Of a stretch of 64,000 nucleotides of DNA, positions 27,538 through 37,773 are shown one piece after another (positions within the stretch are counted from its first letter, which is position 1; every line of letters starts with the position of its first letter). The position numbers and the translations under genes were made by a program. The stretch is taken from contig CAVQFA010000003.1 in the NCBI GenBank assembly GCA_963711735.1, forward strand, positions 82,971-146,970. Reading direction: 5' to 3'. Source of the stretch: Candidatus Gottesmanbacteria bacterium. GTDB lineage: Bacteria > Patescibacteriota > Microgenomatia > UBA10105 > UBA927. The notes beneath the pieces are model-generated. The model saw only the letters and a program-made list of their open reading frames with translations. It was not told where the DNA came from and searched no databases.

Positions 27538-28869
27538 TTGACCATTTTTTTATATACACTGTACAATGTGGCCATGATAAAATCTTTCTCCGGACATTCT
27601 CTCAAAATACAACTTGCAACTAATACTCTCTCTCAATTTACCGGAAAGATCTTTTCAGCAGGATCAACATTCATCATAAGCATACTTATTGCGCGTATGT
27701 ACGGACCATCCGGATACGGTGATTTTACAAAAATTACAGCCTTTGTTGCGCTTTTTTACCTACTCGCAGATTTCGGAGTAAATGCCGTTTACCTGAAGGA
27801 AGAAGCGTCCGCGTCCCATCCTGTCTCGTGGCTTGACCTCCTTGTCGTACGGGGTGTGCTGTCAGGTTTAGCTCTCTTCCTCGCACTTTCAATCTCCGTG
27901 TTTCTTCCCGGTTCAAATACACTCGGATATCCCGCGTACATTAAACTCGGTATCATCCTGTATTTACCGACGATTGTCCTACAGGGTTTTATCACATCCG
28001 CCAACGCGGTATTTCAAAAACACCTGCGGTATGATCTGGGTGCAATTGCCGTTGGAATAGGTTCTATCCTCAGCTGCATCCTGGTATATATGACAACACA
28101 AATTATTCTTCCGGAGCGTGCTCTTTTTATTATCATTCTGTCAATAATTGCCGGACTCACAATGTCTGCAATACTCTCTCTCAAGCTCGCGTCGGACAGA
28201 AATCCGCTTGGTGTACTCCATATCGGGATCTGGAAGCGGTTACTGATCGCTTCTCTTCCGATGGGTTTAACGCTTGCAACAAACACCATATATTTCCGTG
28301 CAGACAGTATTATTCTCACGCTGACCCGGAGCGTCACGGAGGTCGGCTTATACGGATTTGCCTATAAACTTTTTGAATTTCCCCTTGTTATCCCCACGTT
28401 TATCGCTAATTCCGTTTATCCCGTTTTTCTCAAACGGTTACATGAGGGGCACGATGGACATGAATCGTTTTGGCGTGCTGTGAAAAAAACACTTGTCGTG
28501 CTTTTTATCAGCTCTCTCCCCATCACAATTTTTGCGTGGTTTTGCGCACAATACATACCCCTCATTCGTCCGGAGTTTTCAGGAAGCATACAGGCTCTTC
28601 GGATTCTTTCTATCGGTATCCCTGTTTTTTTTGTCAGCGCGGGATTGCTTTGGGCACATATAGCTCTCGGAAACAGGTGGTTTATTTTTTGGACATATCT
28701 GGCAGGAATGGTCGGAAATGTCGGGATAAACGTGCTGTTGATCCCAACCTACGGATATTTAAGCGCGAGTGTTGTAACCGTTATCTCTGAAATTATGATT
28801 ATATGTATTACAGCTTCACATCTCCGTACGGTGTATGGGAGAGACACCAAAATATTACGGTCGTCATAA
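27538..28869 (+). CDS. Polysaccharide biosynthesis protein / lipid flippase (MOP superfamily, Wzx/MurJ-like)
   Basis: 443 aa with about 14 TM. The start (MIKSFSGHSLKIQLATNTLSQFTGKIF) is typical of polysaccharide-synthesis flippases. Confidence 0.6.
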   Translation: MTIFLYTLYNVAMIKSFSGHSLKIQLATNTLSQFTGKIFSAGSTFIISILIARMYGPSGYGDFTKITAFVALFYLLADFGVNAVYLKEEASASHPVSWLDLLVVRGVLSGLALFLALSISVFLPGSNTLGYPAYIKLGIILYLPTIVLQGFITSANAVFQKHLRYDLGAIAVGIGSILSCILVYMTTQIILPERALFIIILSIIAGLTMSAILSLKLASDRNPLGVLHIGIWKRLLIASLPMGLTLATNTIYFRADSIILTLTRSVTEVGLYGFAYKLFEFPLVIPTFIANSVYPVFLKRLHEGHDGHESFWRAVKKTLVVLFISSLPITIFAWFCAQYIPLIRPEFSGSIQALRILSIGIPVFFVSAGLLWAHIALGNRWFIFWTYLAGMVGNVGINVLLIPTYGYLSASVVTVISEIMIICITASHLRTVYGRDTKILRSS

Positions 28870-28901
28870 GAAACGTTTGATGCGTTATAATCACAATACA
28901 T

Positions 28902-29333
28902 ATGACAATTCAAATATATACAGACGGTGGAGCACGCGGAAATCCCGGGCCTGCAGCGATTGGTGTTGTTGTTTTACATGATAATAAACCCGTAGCGGAA
29001 TGGGGGAAAGGGATTGGTGCTGCTTCAAATAATGTTGCAGAGTATTGGGCAGTTTCAGATGCATTGGAATACGTACATACATACGTGAAAGGTATTTCAA
29101 AAAAAGTAAAAAAAACAATTGAACATATTCATTTTTATCTTGATTCAACTCTGGTAGTAAATCAGTTAAACGGAACATTTAAAGTAAAGGATGCGAATCT
29201 CAGGGAATTTCTTATGAAAATCAGAATTCTTGAAAGGGAAGTGGGAATACCTATTTCATATACATATATTCCGAGAGAAAAAAATACACGTGCGGATTTT
29301 ATGGTTAATCGTGCACTTGATAATCTTCAATAA
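28902..29333 (+). CDS. rnhA: Ribonuclease H (RNase HI type)
   Basis: 143 aa with IYTDGGARGNPGPAAIG, NNVAEYWAV and REKNTRAD (the DEDD catalytic residues). Confidence 0.8.
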   Translation: MTIQIYTDGGARGNPGPAAIGVVVLHDNKPVAEWGKGIGAASNNVAEYWAVSDALEYVHTYVKGISKKVKKTIEHIHFYLDSTLVVNQLNGTFKVKDANLREFLMKIRILEREVGIPISYTYIPREKNTRADFMVNRALDNLQ

Positions 29334-29601
29334 ATTATTTATCTCCGGTTGTTGTGTTTTCTAAATAATCTGACAGCTGTTCTTCCTGAGTGTATATCAA
29401 AAAACTCTTCATATGATTTTTGGGTTATATGCAATAATTTACGTCGTTCGCTGTAAACTCTATATGTAAATTTATAAACTCATCCCTCTCATGTCTCATG
29501 TATGGTAAGAGGGCGGAATTTCAGTGGTATAAAAATGTTGTTTTCGGGTTCATTGTCTGGGATAATGATATGGTATATTTCCGCGTTGTATTAGTTATTG
29601 T

Positions 29602-32160
29602 ATGAATACCCACACATCCCAGGCAGAATCAGAAAAGGAACAAGTACTTATCTATACGTCTGATGTCGAAATGGTTGTTGCCTTACGGGAATATTTTGAA
29701 TCGAAATCATATGAAATATTCGTTAATTCCCACACCGTGAAATTCCCTGTATATACATTCATATGCGGTAATTATATTTTCGTGAAATCTATTCTTGAAA
29801 AGAATAACTTCGGTGATTCAAAACTCTGTATATGCATATATGATGCTTATCATGAATACAAAGATAAACTTCCGGAAAAAAAGTATAAAGTGGTTTTTGT
29901 CGACCCTAAACCACTCTCAAAAACATCGGTGCAAAAGATATTGAAATTTTTTTTCACGGCACACGAGCACTGTATAAACATTCAAACTACCGTTATTGTT
30001 AACCTGCAGGCTCTCAAACCCGAAAACGAGCCAAAAACACCCTTATATGTAAGTAACGGAGCGGATGAGGAACAGCCTTCTCCACGTCATAAACCGATCA
30101 TTCTTCAAAAGCGTTCGGCATCTGACGAAAAAAAGGATTCTGAAAGAATTCTCCACACAATGAGAGAAATTTTTTCATCCGACATAAAACAGGAAACAAA
30201 ACATAACGTGAGGAAAAGTAAATATAGTAAAAAGATGCGTTCATTTATCATACTGATCGTTGCCGTTATTTTTCTACCGGCATTATGGTACACCATCGCA
30301 CTCACCATATCTTTGTTTTCTTTGGCTGTATCATTTCGACAGATTGTATACAGCAACTATAAAAGTTCGGCACCGTTTATTGCAATATCAAAATCCGCAA
30401 CACTCAACGCAAAAATATTTTTATCAACCGCAGCTGCACTTCATGTCCCTTTACCTCATTCCGTTGTCGAAACACAATACCGGTTTATCAGCATGCTCGA
30501 GGATGCGCAGGGGTTGGCAGACCACGGAACTACACTTATTTCGTACGCGAAAGAATTAACCGGCGGAATATTTACGGTCTATGGGCAGAATAATCCGGAT
30601 ACGGTATCTTTAGCATCAAAACTTTCCGATATCCGCATTGAACTGGATGAAACACAAAATAAAACAGGACTCCTCCTTGCGCAGTCACGTATATTAAAAG
30701 GACAAATATCTCCGCTCGACTCAATTCCTTTTATCAGAGAAAAAATAAATACAGGGATCACCCTCCTCGATGGGTTAAACAGTGATATAACATTTGTCAG
30801 AAATCTTATTACCTTGTATACGTACGCGTCAGGATTTGATCAGAAACGCACATATCTGCTTCTTTTTCAGAACAGCGCTGAACTGCGACCGACCGGAGGA
30901 TTTATCGGTAGTCTTGCCAAAAGCACACTTTCAGATGGTGCCATCGAAGAACTCGACGTTCAGGACGTCTACGTACCGGACGGACAACTGAAAGGGCACC
31001 TGGATCCGCCTTTACCCATAAGAGAGATAATGAAACAGGAGCATTGGTATCTGCGTGATTCCAATTGGGATCCTGATTTTAGAAACAGCGGCAGTCAGGC
31101 GACTTGGTTTTACGAAAAGGAAACGGGTGTACGGAGTGATGGAGCTGTGGCTATCTCATCACCATTTATTATAAACATTCTCAATCACACGGGTCCGATA
31201 CGCCTTGACGAATATAACGATACAATAACCGCTGATAATTTTTACGGGAAAACATTGTATTATGCCGAAGACGGATTTTTCCCGGGATCGACTCAAAAAA
31301 AAGATTTTCTGGGTATACTCCTCAAACAAATCATTACCCGCATTACAACCAGGGGTGGTATTTCACCGCTTACACTTCTTACGTCACTCCGTTCAAGTTT
31401 AGAGGCAAGGGATATACTGTTCTACTTTTCTGATCCAAAACTCCAGAATCTTGTTACACAGATGGGGTGGGCGGGTGTTCGGATACCCCAAAATGAATGC
31501 CCCGCGGGTATGAGCGGTATTTGTGTAACAGACAGTTTGGATGTGATCGAGGCAAACGTCGGGGTAAATAAAGTAAATCCTTTTATCCAAAGGACCAGAA
31601 CCCATACGGTAACCATTGAACCGAACGGAAGCATTTCGCATTCACTCACGCTGAATATTACCAATGATGCACCTTTAGATCAGAATCCTTCTGTCAATAC
31701 GTATACTGCATACGTGAGGTTCTATTTCCCTTCCGGATCAACACTCTCCGGTATTACGTTTAACGGTACTGATATTCCGCTACATCAAACGGTAAACACA
31801 AATCCGCTCGTATTCCCGTATTATGATATGCTTCCGGAGAACGGTGCTGTCGGTAGTGTAGGGATCGCTCTTTCTATGCCGCCGGGTCAATCGGTCATCA
31901 ACCTATCGTACAGGAAAGAACATGTGTTTGATGCTTCAGGTAATACTCCCATCATCTACAGGCTTGTAGAACCGAAACAACCGGGTATCACCAAATCCGA
32001 AACGCAAACAACAATTCTGTACCCGTCCCGGTGGCGGTCTTTCCCTGTTGTCACAGCCGATAATCAGACGTTTGTTGCAAAGGGGGAATCCCTCGAGTAC
32101 AATAGCTCGTTACAGAAAGATGAAAATATTATTATAACATTCATACAAGGAGGCATATGA
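29602..32160 (+). CDS. Large membrane-anchored envelope protein with a DUF4012-like domain
   Basis: 852 aa. A TM helix sits near residue 215. LLLFQNSAELRPTGGFIGSLAK matches the DUF4012 core. Confidence 0.5.
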   Translation: MNTHTSQAESEKEQVLIYTSDVEMVVALREYFESKSYEIFVNSHTVKFPVYTFICGNYIFVKSILEKNNFGDSKLCICIYDAYHEYKDKLPEKKYKVVFVDPKPLSKTSVQKILKFFFTAHEHCINIQTTVIVNLQALKPENEPKTPLYVSNGADEEQPSPRHKPIILQKRSASDEKKDSERILHTMREIFSSDIKQETKHNVRKSKYSKKMRSFIILIVAVIFLPALWYTIALTISLFSLAVSFRQIVYSNYKSSAPFIAISKSATLNAKIFLSTAAALHVPLPHSVVETQYRFISMLEDAQGLADHGTTLISYAKELTGGIFTVYGQNNPDTVSLASKLSDIRIELDETQNKTGLLLAQSRILKGQISPLDSIPFIREKINTGITLLDGLNSDITFVRNLITLYTYASGFDQKRTYLLLFQNSAELRPTGGFIGSLAKSTLSDGAIEELDVQDVYVPDGQLKGHLDPPLPIREIMKQEHWYLRDSNWDPDFRNSGSQATWFYEKETGVRSDGAVAISSPFIINILNHTGPIRLDEYNDTITADNFYGKTLYYAEDGFFPGSTQKKDFLGILLKQIITRITTRGGISPLTLLTSLRSSLEARDILFYFSDPKLQNLVTQMGWAGVRIPQNECPAGMSGICVTDSLDVIEANVGVNKVNPFIQRTRTHTVTIEPNGSISHSLTLNITNDAPLDQNPSVNTYTAYVRFYFPSGSTLSGITFNGTDIPLHQTVNTNPLVFPYYDMLPENGAVGSVGIALSMPPGQSVINLSYRKEHVFDASGNTPIIYRLVEPKQPGITKSETQTTILYPSRWRSFPVVTADNQTFVAKGESLEYNSSLQKDENIIITFIQGGI

Positions 32161-32849
32161 AAAAACACACTCTCACAGGCACAAAACGGACAGAGGTCGG
32201 CAGAAAGGTGAAAAAAATCCGTAAAAGCGGACTTATACCGGCAACAATCTACGGTAAAAGTATTAAAAGCGCTTCCATATCGGTTCAACACGATACGTTT
32301 GCAAAACTGTATGAAGAAACGGGTGAAACCGGACTTATAGAGCTGACGGTGGGGGATACGATGCATCCGGTATTGGTACATTCACTCCAGGTGAACCCGG
32401 TGACAAGAGAAATGCTACATATAGAATTTCACCGTGTAGATTTGAAAGAAAAGGTAAAAGCAAATATTGCTATTATATCCAAAGGTGAGGCAAAGGCGGT
32501 TGCCGAAAAAGCAGGCGTGTTTCTGCAGGTTCTTCAGGAAGTCGAGGTGGAAGCTCTTCCGACCCAACTGCCTGAACACATTGAGGTAGATGTTACACCT
32601 CTCGAAAAAATCAACGACCAGATTACGGTTGCAGATATCCATGTTCCCGCGGGCGTCACAATACTCACGGATAAATCTATAAGTGTTTTCAGGATCGCTT
32701 CGATAATCGTTGAGAAAATAGAGGAAGTGAAACCTGCAGAAGCAGTACCTGGTGAGGAAGGAGAGGTGCCTACGGCAGAGGAGGGTGAGAAAAAACCTGA
32801 AGATACAGAGGCGAAAACGCCGGGTACGGATGCAGAAAAAAGTAAATAG
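32157..32849 (+). CDS. rplY: 50S ribosomal protein L25 / general stress protein Ctc
   Basis: 230 aa with RKSGLIPATIYGK, MLHIEFHRVD and an acidic C-terminal tail. Confidence 0.8.
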   Translation: MKKHTLTGTKRTEVGRKVKKIRKSGLIPATIYGKSIKSASISVQHDTFAKLYEETGETGLIELTVGDTMHPVLVHSLQVNPVTREMLHIEFHRVDLKEKVKANIAIISKGEAKAVAEKAGVFLQVLQEVEVEALPTQLPEHIEVDVTPLEKINDQITVADIHVPAGVTILTDKSISVFRIASIIVEKIEEVKPAEAVPGEEGEVPTAEEGEKKPEDTEAKTPGTDAEKSK

Positions 32850-33407
32850 TTATTTACTTAAATACGGTTTCAGAAGTGTCAGGTACGGGTGTGCCGGAGA
32901 AAGTGTTAAACATCGTGCGTATGCACTCTTCGCTTCATCCATGTAACCCAATGACAACGCGCTTCCTGCTGTTATGAGACATGCGTCTATATACTCCGGA
33001 TTATCCTTGACTACTGCACTCCAGTAACTGTACGTTTTTTCTAAATAGATTTCGTTATGCTCCCATTGTTCCAGTGTTGCTTTGTTTGTGTCTGATGCCC
33101 CAAGGACTACCGGCACATTCCTCATTCCTCCTAAACTCATTGATAATTCTTCTTCAGCACGTACGGGCAAATTTCTATCCCAATACCAGCGAGCAAGATT
33201 AGTATGTGCGTCTTTTGCGTTTCCGGATTGAAGTGCCGGAAGAAGAGTCATGACATACGGTTCTTTTGTATGCATCTGTACCGTTATATTGGCCCAAACA
33301 AGCATAACGACACCGATTACCACAAGGAGTGACAGTACGCTTCCGAAAATGTCTGCGGAGAAAAATCGGGTATTATGCGGGAATATAAATCGTTTTGTGT
33401 GCTTCAT
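32850..33407 (-). CDS. Membrane-anchored hypothetical protein
   Basis: 185 aa: one TM plus a helical repeat-like soluble domain. Confidence 0.4.
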   Translation of the reverse strand: MKHTKRFIFPHNTRFFSADIFGSVLSLLVVIGVVMLVWANITVQMHTKEPYVMTLLPALQSGNAKDAHTNLARWYWDRNLPVRAEEELSMSLGGMRNVPVVLGASDTNKATLEQWEHNEIYLEKTYSYWSAVVKDNPEYIDACLITAGSALSLGYMDEAKSAYARCLTLSPAHPYLTLLKPYLSK

Positions 33408-33547
33408 GATACCTATGATATATCATACTTATTCCAAATTTGCATCCACCGGCTGGTGGGAAAAAACGAATTAAAATGGTATATACGGAAGAATTGTTGC
33501 ATATCCGGATTTTTCCGGTATTATTGTATAAAAGATACAAAACCGCT

Positions 33548-34276
33548 ATGGAGAATAAAAGTGGTCGTGCTATGACAAATAAACAGAGAGTAATTGCTAT
33601 TCTTCACATACTTGACAGTGTCTATCCGAATGCAAAAATTGTCCTACATTACCAAAACCCCTGGGAACTTCTGGTTTCCGTCATGTTGTCTGCACAATGC
33701 ACCGATGTAACGGTAAACAAAGTCACCGGAAATCTTTTCCGGAAATACCCGAGTCTTGATGCATATGTCAACGCAAATCCTGACGAATTTATGACTGATA
33801 TCAAATCCACGGGATTTTTCCGGGTGAAAGCAAAACATATTCTCGCTGCGGCTCAAAAAATAAAAGGGGAATTTCATGGGCAAGTACCTAAAACGATGGG
33901 TGAATTAATGACACTTCCTGGTGTTGCCAGAAAAACAGCAAATGTGGTTCTGGGAAATGCATATGGTATTGTTGTGGGAATTGCGGTTGATACACATGTA
34001 CTTCGTATTAGCCAAAGACTCCGTCTTGTGGGACCCGATGGTATAGGCGGAAAGAAAAACATGACATTTGTACGCGCAAGTCAAACAGTTCATGATTATT
34101 ATAAAGATGCCGATCCGGTGAAAATAGAACGGGAACTCATGATCACAATACCGCAGACACACTGGTTTACGCTTACGTACCGTATTATTGACCACGGACG
34201 ATCCGTCTGTAAGGCACAAAATCCCAAATGCGCAGAATGCCCGTTACGACAGCTTTGTCCAAGCTCCCGGTTATAA
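33548..34276 (+). CDS. nth: Endonuclease III (HhH-GPD with a [4Fe-4S] cluster loop)
   Basis: ELLVSVMLSAQCTDVTVNK, LPGVARKTANVV and the C-terminal C-x6-C-x2-C-x5-C (CKAQNPKCAECPLRQLC). The track ORF starts upstream at 33440; ATG 33548 or 33572 is more likely. Confidence 0.85.
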   Translation: MENKSGRAMTNKQRVIAILHILDSVYPNAKIVLHYQNPWELLVSVMLSAQCTDVTVNKVTGNLFRKYPSLDAYVNANPDEFMTDIKSTGFFRVKAKHILAAAQKIKGEFHGQVPKTMGELMTLPGVARKTANVVLGNAYGIVVGIAVDTHVLRISQRLRLVGPDGIGGKKNMTFVRASQTVHDYYKDADPVKIERELMITIPQTHWFTLTYRIIDHGRSVCKAQNPKCAECPLRQLCPSSRL

Positions 34277-34300
34277 TATTGTTTTTTTAATATCGTAACC

Positions 34301-34338
34301 CGTAAACCTGCCCGCATTGCATACGCAATGCGTTGCAG
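34301..34338 (+). terminator. Strong 13-bp hairpin after nth (CCTGC-C-CGCATTGC ATAC GCAATGCG-TT-GCAGG)
   Basis: Seen directly in the sequence. It lacks a clean T-tract. Confidence 0.35.
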
Positions 34339-34408
34339 GCGGGTCGTAATTCAAATTGTATCTTGCGCTTCCGTTTCCTCCATGTTATATTCATCAAACT
34401 GCTCCTAA

Positions 34409-35113
34409 GTGCCTATGCCAGCAAAGAAAAAAATAAGTACAATAAAACGCACAAGGCGGACAGAGCCGGTAATAGAATCATCTACAACTCCCTTTTTGGA
34501 TTCTCCTGAGGCTTTCAAATCCCCTTTGTATGAACAACCAAAAAAGTCCCGCATGGTTGTAGGTGTTATAGTAGTTCTTCTGGCATTTATTGTGATAACC
34601 ATTGTCCGTAAGGGATATGTTGTCGCAGCAATTGTAGGTGGTAAGCCTATTTATACTTTTCAGGTAGTCAGCCTTCTTATGCGGCAGTTTGGCAAACAGA
34701 CCCTCGAAGGTCTTATAACGGAAACAATTATTTCTCAAGAAGCCCGCAAAAGCGGAGTTTCCGTGACATCCCGGGACGTGAAGGCAAAAGAAGATCAAAT
34801 GCTCGCATCACTCGGAAGCAACGTGTCTCTGGATGAACTGCTCCAGTATCAGGGGATTACCAAAGAAGATCTCGATCGGCAGGTACATATACAGCTTCTT
34901 GTAGAAAAACTAGTCGGACGGGATGTTAAAATAACGGATACAGATATTTCAAATGTCATCGCTACCCAAAGTGCGCTCTTTGAAGCAACGGATGAAGCAA
35001 CGCTCCGGGAAAACGTGCGGGCTTACTTATTTGAGCAGTATATTTCAAAAAATGCTCGGTTGTGGTTTTCTGATCTTCAAAGCAAAGTAAAAGTGATGAA
35101 ATTCCTTCAATAA
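34409..35113 (+). CDS. SurA N-terminal domain-like membrane-anchored chaperone-type protein (no PPIase domain)
   Basis: 234 aa: a basic N-terminus, a TM helix, then a SurA_N-like helical domain. Confidence 0.4.
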   Translation: MPMPAKKKISTIKRTRRTEPVIESSTTPFLDSPEAFKSPLYEQPKKSRMVVGVIVVLLAFIVITIVRKGYVVAAIVGGKPIYTFQVVSLLMRQFGKQTLEGLITETIISQEARKSGVSVTSRDVKAKEDQMLASLGSNVSLDELLQYQGITKEDLDRQVHIQLLVEKLVGRDVKITDTDISNVIATQSALFEATDEATLRENVRAYLFEQYISKNARLWFSDLQSKVKVMKFLQ

Positions 35114-35177
35114 ATCCCTCTTGATGCGCCGGATCTATCATTCTTTGCTTTCCCGGATGTATAATACGGAATAGCTC

Positions 35178-36260
35178 ATGAAAACGTGGCAGAAGCTTAA
35201 AAAGGATCCGTCACTTTGGTCCCGGTATTTTATCCGTGAACAGGTCATTACCGGTATCCGGAGGTTTTTTCTTGACCGCAGATTCCACGAGGTGGAAACG
35301 CCGTATCTCACGGGGTCTCTCCCTCCTGAATCCTACCTCGACATATTTGAAACGACACTCTACAACAGAAAAAGACAGGGGAGAAGTGCATACCTTCCGA
35401 CATCTCCGGAACCATTCTTAAAGAAACTCCTTGCAGCAGGAATCGGCAACTGTTTTGCCATCCCTAAAAGTTTCAGAAATACTGAGGATATGAGCCTCAC
35501 GCATAATCCGGAATTTACCATTCTTGAGTGGTACAGGGTACATGCCGACTATATGGATATTATGCGGGATTGCGAAGAGCTCTTTATGTTTATCAATACC
35601 TATCTCATACGCTCCAAAGAAGTTGATACCAGATCCTCCTCACCGTTTAAACTTACCTATCAGGGTCATACGATAGATATCTCTCCTCCGTGGGACAGAA
35701 TAACCGTATCTGAGGCGTTTATAAAATATGCGGGTATCGATCTTGCCAGGGCATTAGATAAAAATAGTCTTGCAGTGCATGCACGGAAACTGGGTTTTGC
35801 CGTCAGCGGGAAAGACTCATGGGAGGAGCTTTTTCACCAGATATTTCTCAACATGATAGAACCCAAACTAGGACACGGAAAGCCGACAGTTATCTATGAA
35901 TATCCTGCGTCCCTGGCAGCACTTGCGAAACTCAAAAAAGGGGATGAACGGTTTGCAGAACGGTTTGAGTTTTATATCGAAGGACTGGAGCTCGGAGACG
36001 CGTATTCGGAGCTCACCAACTGGAAAGAACAACTGGAGCGGTTTGAGTATGAACAGTCTGAACGGAAACGTCTGGGAAAAGTGATGCATCCTATAGATAT
36101 GGATTTCATCGACGCGCTCAAAGCCGGTATGCCTCCTTCAGGAGGTATTGCAGTCGGTGTTGATCGTTTGATCATGCTGTTTGCAGATGTCCGCGATATA
36201 GCAGATACCATGTATTTTCCCGGAGCTGACCTTTTTGACCCAATCAAGCCGAATAAATAA
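35178..36260 (+). CDS. epmA: EF-P--(R)-beta-lysine ligase (EpmA/PoxA/GenX; class II LysRS catalytic-core paralog)
   Basis: 360 aa. Class II motifs FHEVETP (motif 1), FRNTEDMSLTHNPEFTILEWY (motif 2) and GMPPSGGIAVGVDRLIM (motif 3) are present. There is no anticodon-binding domain, and efp lies immediately downstream. Confidence 0.75.
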   Translation: MKTWQKLKKDPSLWSRYFIREQVITGIRRFFLDRRFHEVETPYLTGSLPPESYLDIFETTLYNRKRQGRSAYLPTSPEPFLKKLLAAGIGNCFAIPKSFRNTEDMSLTHNPEFTILEWYRVHADYMDIMRDCEELFMFINTYLIRSKEVDTRSSSPFKLTYQGHTIDISPPWDRITVSEAFIKYAGIDLARALDKNSLAVHARKLGFAVSGKDSWEELFHQIFLNMIEPKLGHGKPTVIYEYPASLAALAKLKKGDERFAERFEFYIEGLELGDAYSELTNWKEQLERFEYEQSERKRLGKVMHPIDMDFIDALKAGMPPSGGIAVGVDRLIMLFADVRDIADTMYFPGADLFDPIKPNK

Positions 36261-36393
36261 TAATATAAGTTGTTTATCTCTTTGGTATCATTCCTTTTGT
36301 TACATTATGGAGGTTATTGATCGGAGCGTGGATTGTGTGAGATAATATCCGTTGTCCCCTGAGTATCAAGGGGATTTTATTATTACAGTACAT

Positions 36394-36957
36394 ATGTCAA
36401 CCATCTCAACCAGCGATTTCAAAAAGGGAATTTTCATAGAATTTAAAGATGAACCGCATCAGATTACGGAGTTTCAGCATGTCAATCCCGGTAAAGGCAG
36501 CGCGTTTGTACGCACAAAACTTAAATCACTCAAAAGCGGCAGGGTACAGGAGTTCACATATAAATCCGGTGAGTCTGTAACGGAAGTGCCGATTGAAACC
36601 CATGAGATGCAATACCTCTATCCGGACGGGGATGCGTATATTTTTATGGATAACAGAAGCTTTGAACAATATACGGTTCCCGGTGCCATGATAGGGGATT
36701 TCTCCCAATATCTTAAGGCAAATGATACGTATCAGGTCCTTGTCTACGGGGACGATGCCGTTGGAGTGCGTCTTCCCAAAAAAGTCCGCCTGACGGTTAC
36801 GGAAGCAGACGAAGGGGCAAAAGGTAACACCGCAACGGGTGCGACTAAAACCGTCCGCGTGGAAACGGGTGCTGTTGTAACTGTTCCGCTGTTTATTAAA
36901 CAGGGTGATGTTATAGCCATTGACCCGGAAACGAACTCCTATCTGGAACGGGCATAA
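36394..36957 (+). CDS. efp: Translation elongation factor P
   Basis: MSTISTSDFKKGIFIEF ... NPGKGSAFVRTKLK (the modified-Lys loop). The track ORF starts at 36352; ATG 36394 was chosen. Confidence 0.9.
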   Translation: MSTISTSDFKKGIFIEFKDEPHQITEFQHVNPGKGSAFVRTKLKSLKSGRVQEFTYKSGESVTEVPIETHEMQYLYPDGDAYIFMDNRSFEQYTVPGAMIGDFSQYLKANDTYQVLVYGDDAVGVRLPKKVRLTVTEADEGAKGNTATGATKTVRVETGAVVTVPLFIKQGDVIAIDPETNSYLERA

Positions 36958-37017
36958 GTAAGACACCATCCGTCCTGTCACGTATTTCCCCCGTTCTGTT
37001 TCAGATATAATACTCTC

Positions 37018-37773
37018 ATGACGAAAAAAGTCGCGCGTCTCCGTCTCGGACCAATACCGTATATCGAAAAAGGGGCCGGTCCGACACTTCTTTTTTTACA
37101 TGGTGCTATTGCCATGCCTGATGCGTATACGGACCTTTTGGAGCTTCTGTCACAGACATACCGTGTGATAGCACCGACGCATCCGGGACACGGTGACGCT
37201 CTTCCGATTACCAATGATTGGAAACTTCATATGTTTGCGGACATATACACGGAGTTTTTGTCTGTCACTTCCACTGTGCCGTCTTTTATCGTCGGGCATT
37301 CATTCGGTGGTGTTCTCTCACTTCTGTTGGCACATGAATTTCCGGACGCCGGAATTGTCGTTATGGACCCATGCGGACTGCCGCTTCCTCTCACTGTCAA
37401 AGAGTACGTATCTTTCATGGTTGCTGAGGCAGCAGAGCTTGTGAAAAAACGCCCGGATCTTGATGCAATAAAGGAAATCGTCCCACCCACTGAGACACTG
37501 ATATATACAATTATTCATCATCCGGAAGATATTGTGTGGTTTCCGGAACATATTCCGGTGATGGATGTTTCAGAAAATCTTAAAAACATCACCAATCACG
37601 TTACGATTATATGGGGTGAGCACGATAAAATTGTCCCGCCTTCCATAGGAGAAAAAATGGCGGAACTTCTTTCCAACGGGCGCATACATATCTATCCGGA
37701 CAAAGGGCATCTCTATCCTGTTACCGAGGCTAAGTGGACTGCCGGGGAAATTTTGAAGGTTATTGCACCGTAA
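37018..37773 (+). CDS. Alpha/beta hydrolase
   Basis: 251 aa with the nucleophile elbow VGHSFGG and a C-terminal HDKIVPP ... DKGHLYP. Confidence 0.65.
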   Translation: MTKKVARLRLGPIPYIEKGAGPTLLFLHGAIAMPDAYTDLLELLSQTYRVIAPTHPGHGDALPITNDWKLHMFADIYTEFLSVTSTVPSFIVGHSFGGVLSLLLAHEFPDAGIVVMDPCGLPLPLTVKEYVSFMVAEAAELVKKRPDLDAIKEIVPPTETLIYTIIHHPEDIVWFPEHIPVMDVSENLKNITNHVTIIWGEHDKIVPPSIGEKMAELLSNGRIHIYPDKGHLYPVTEAKWTAGEILKVIAP

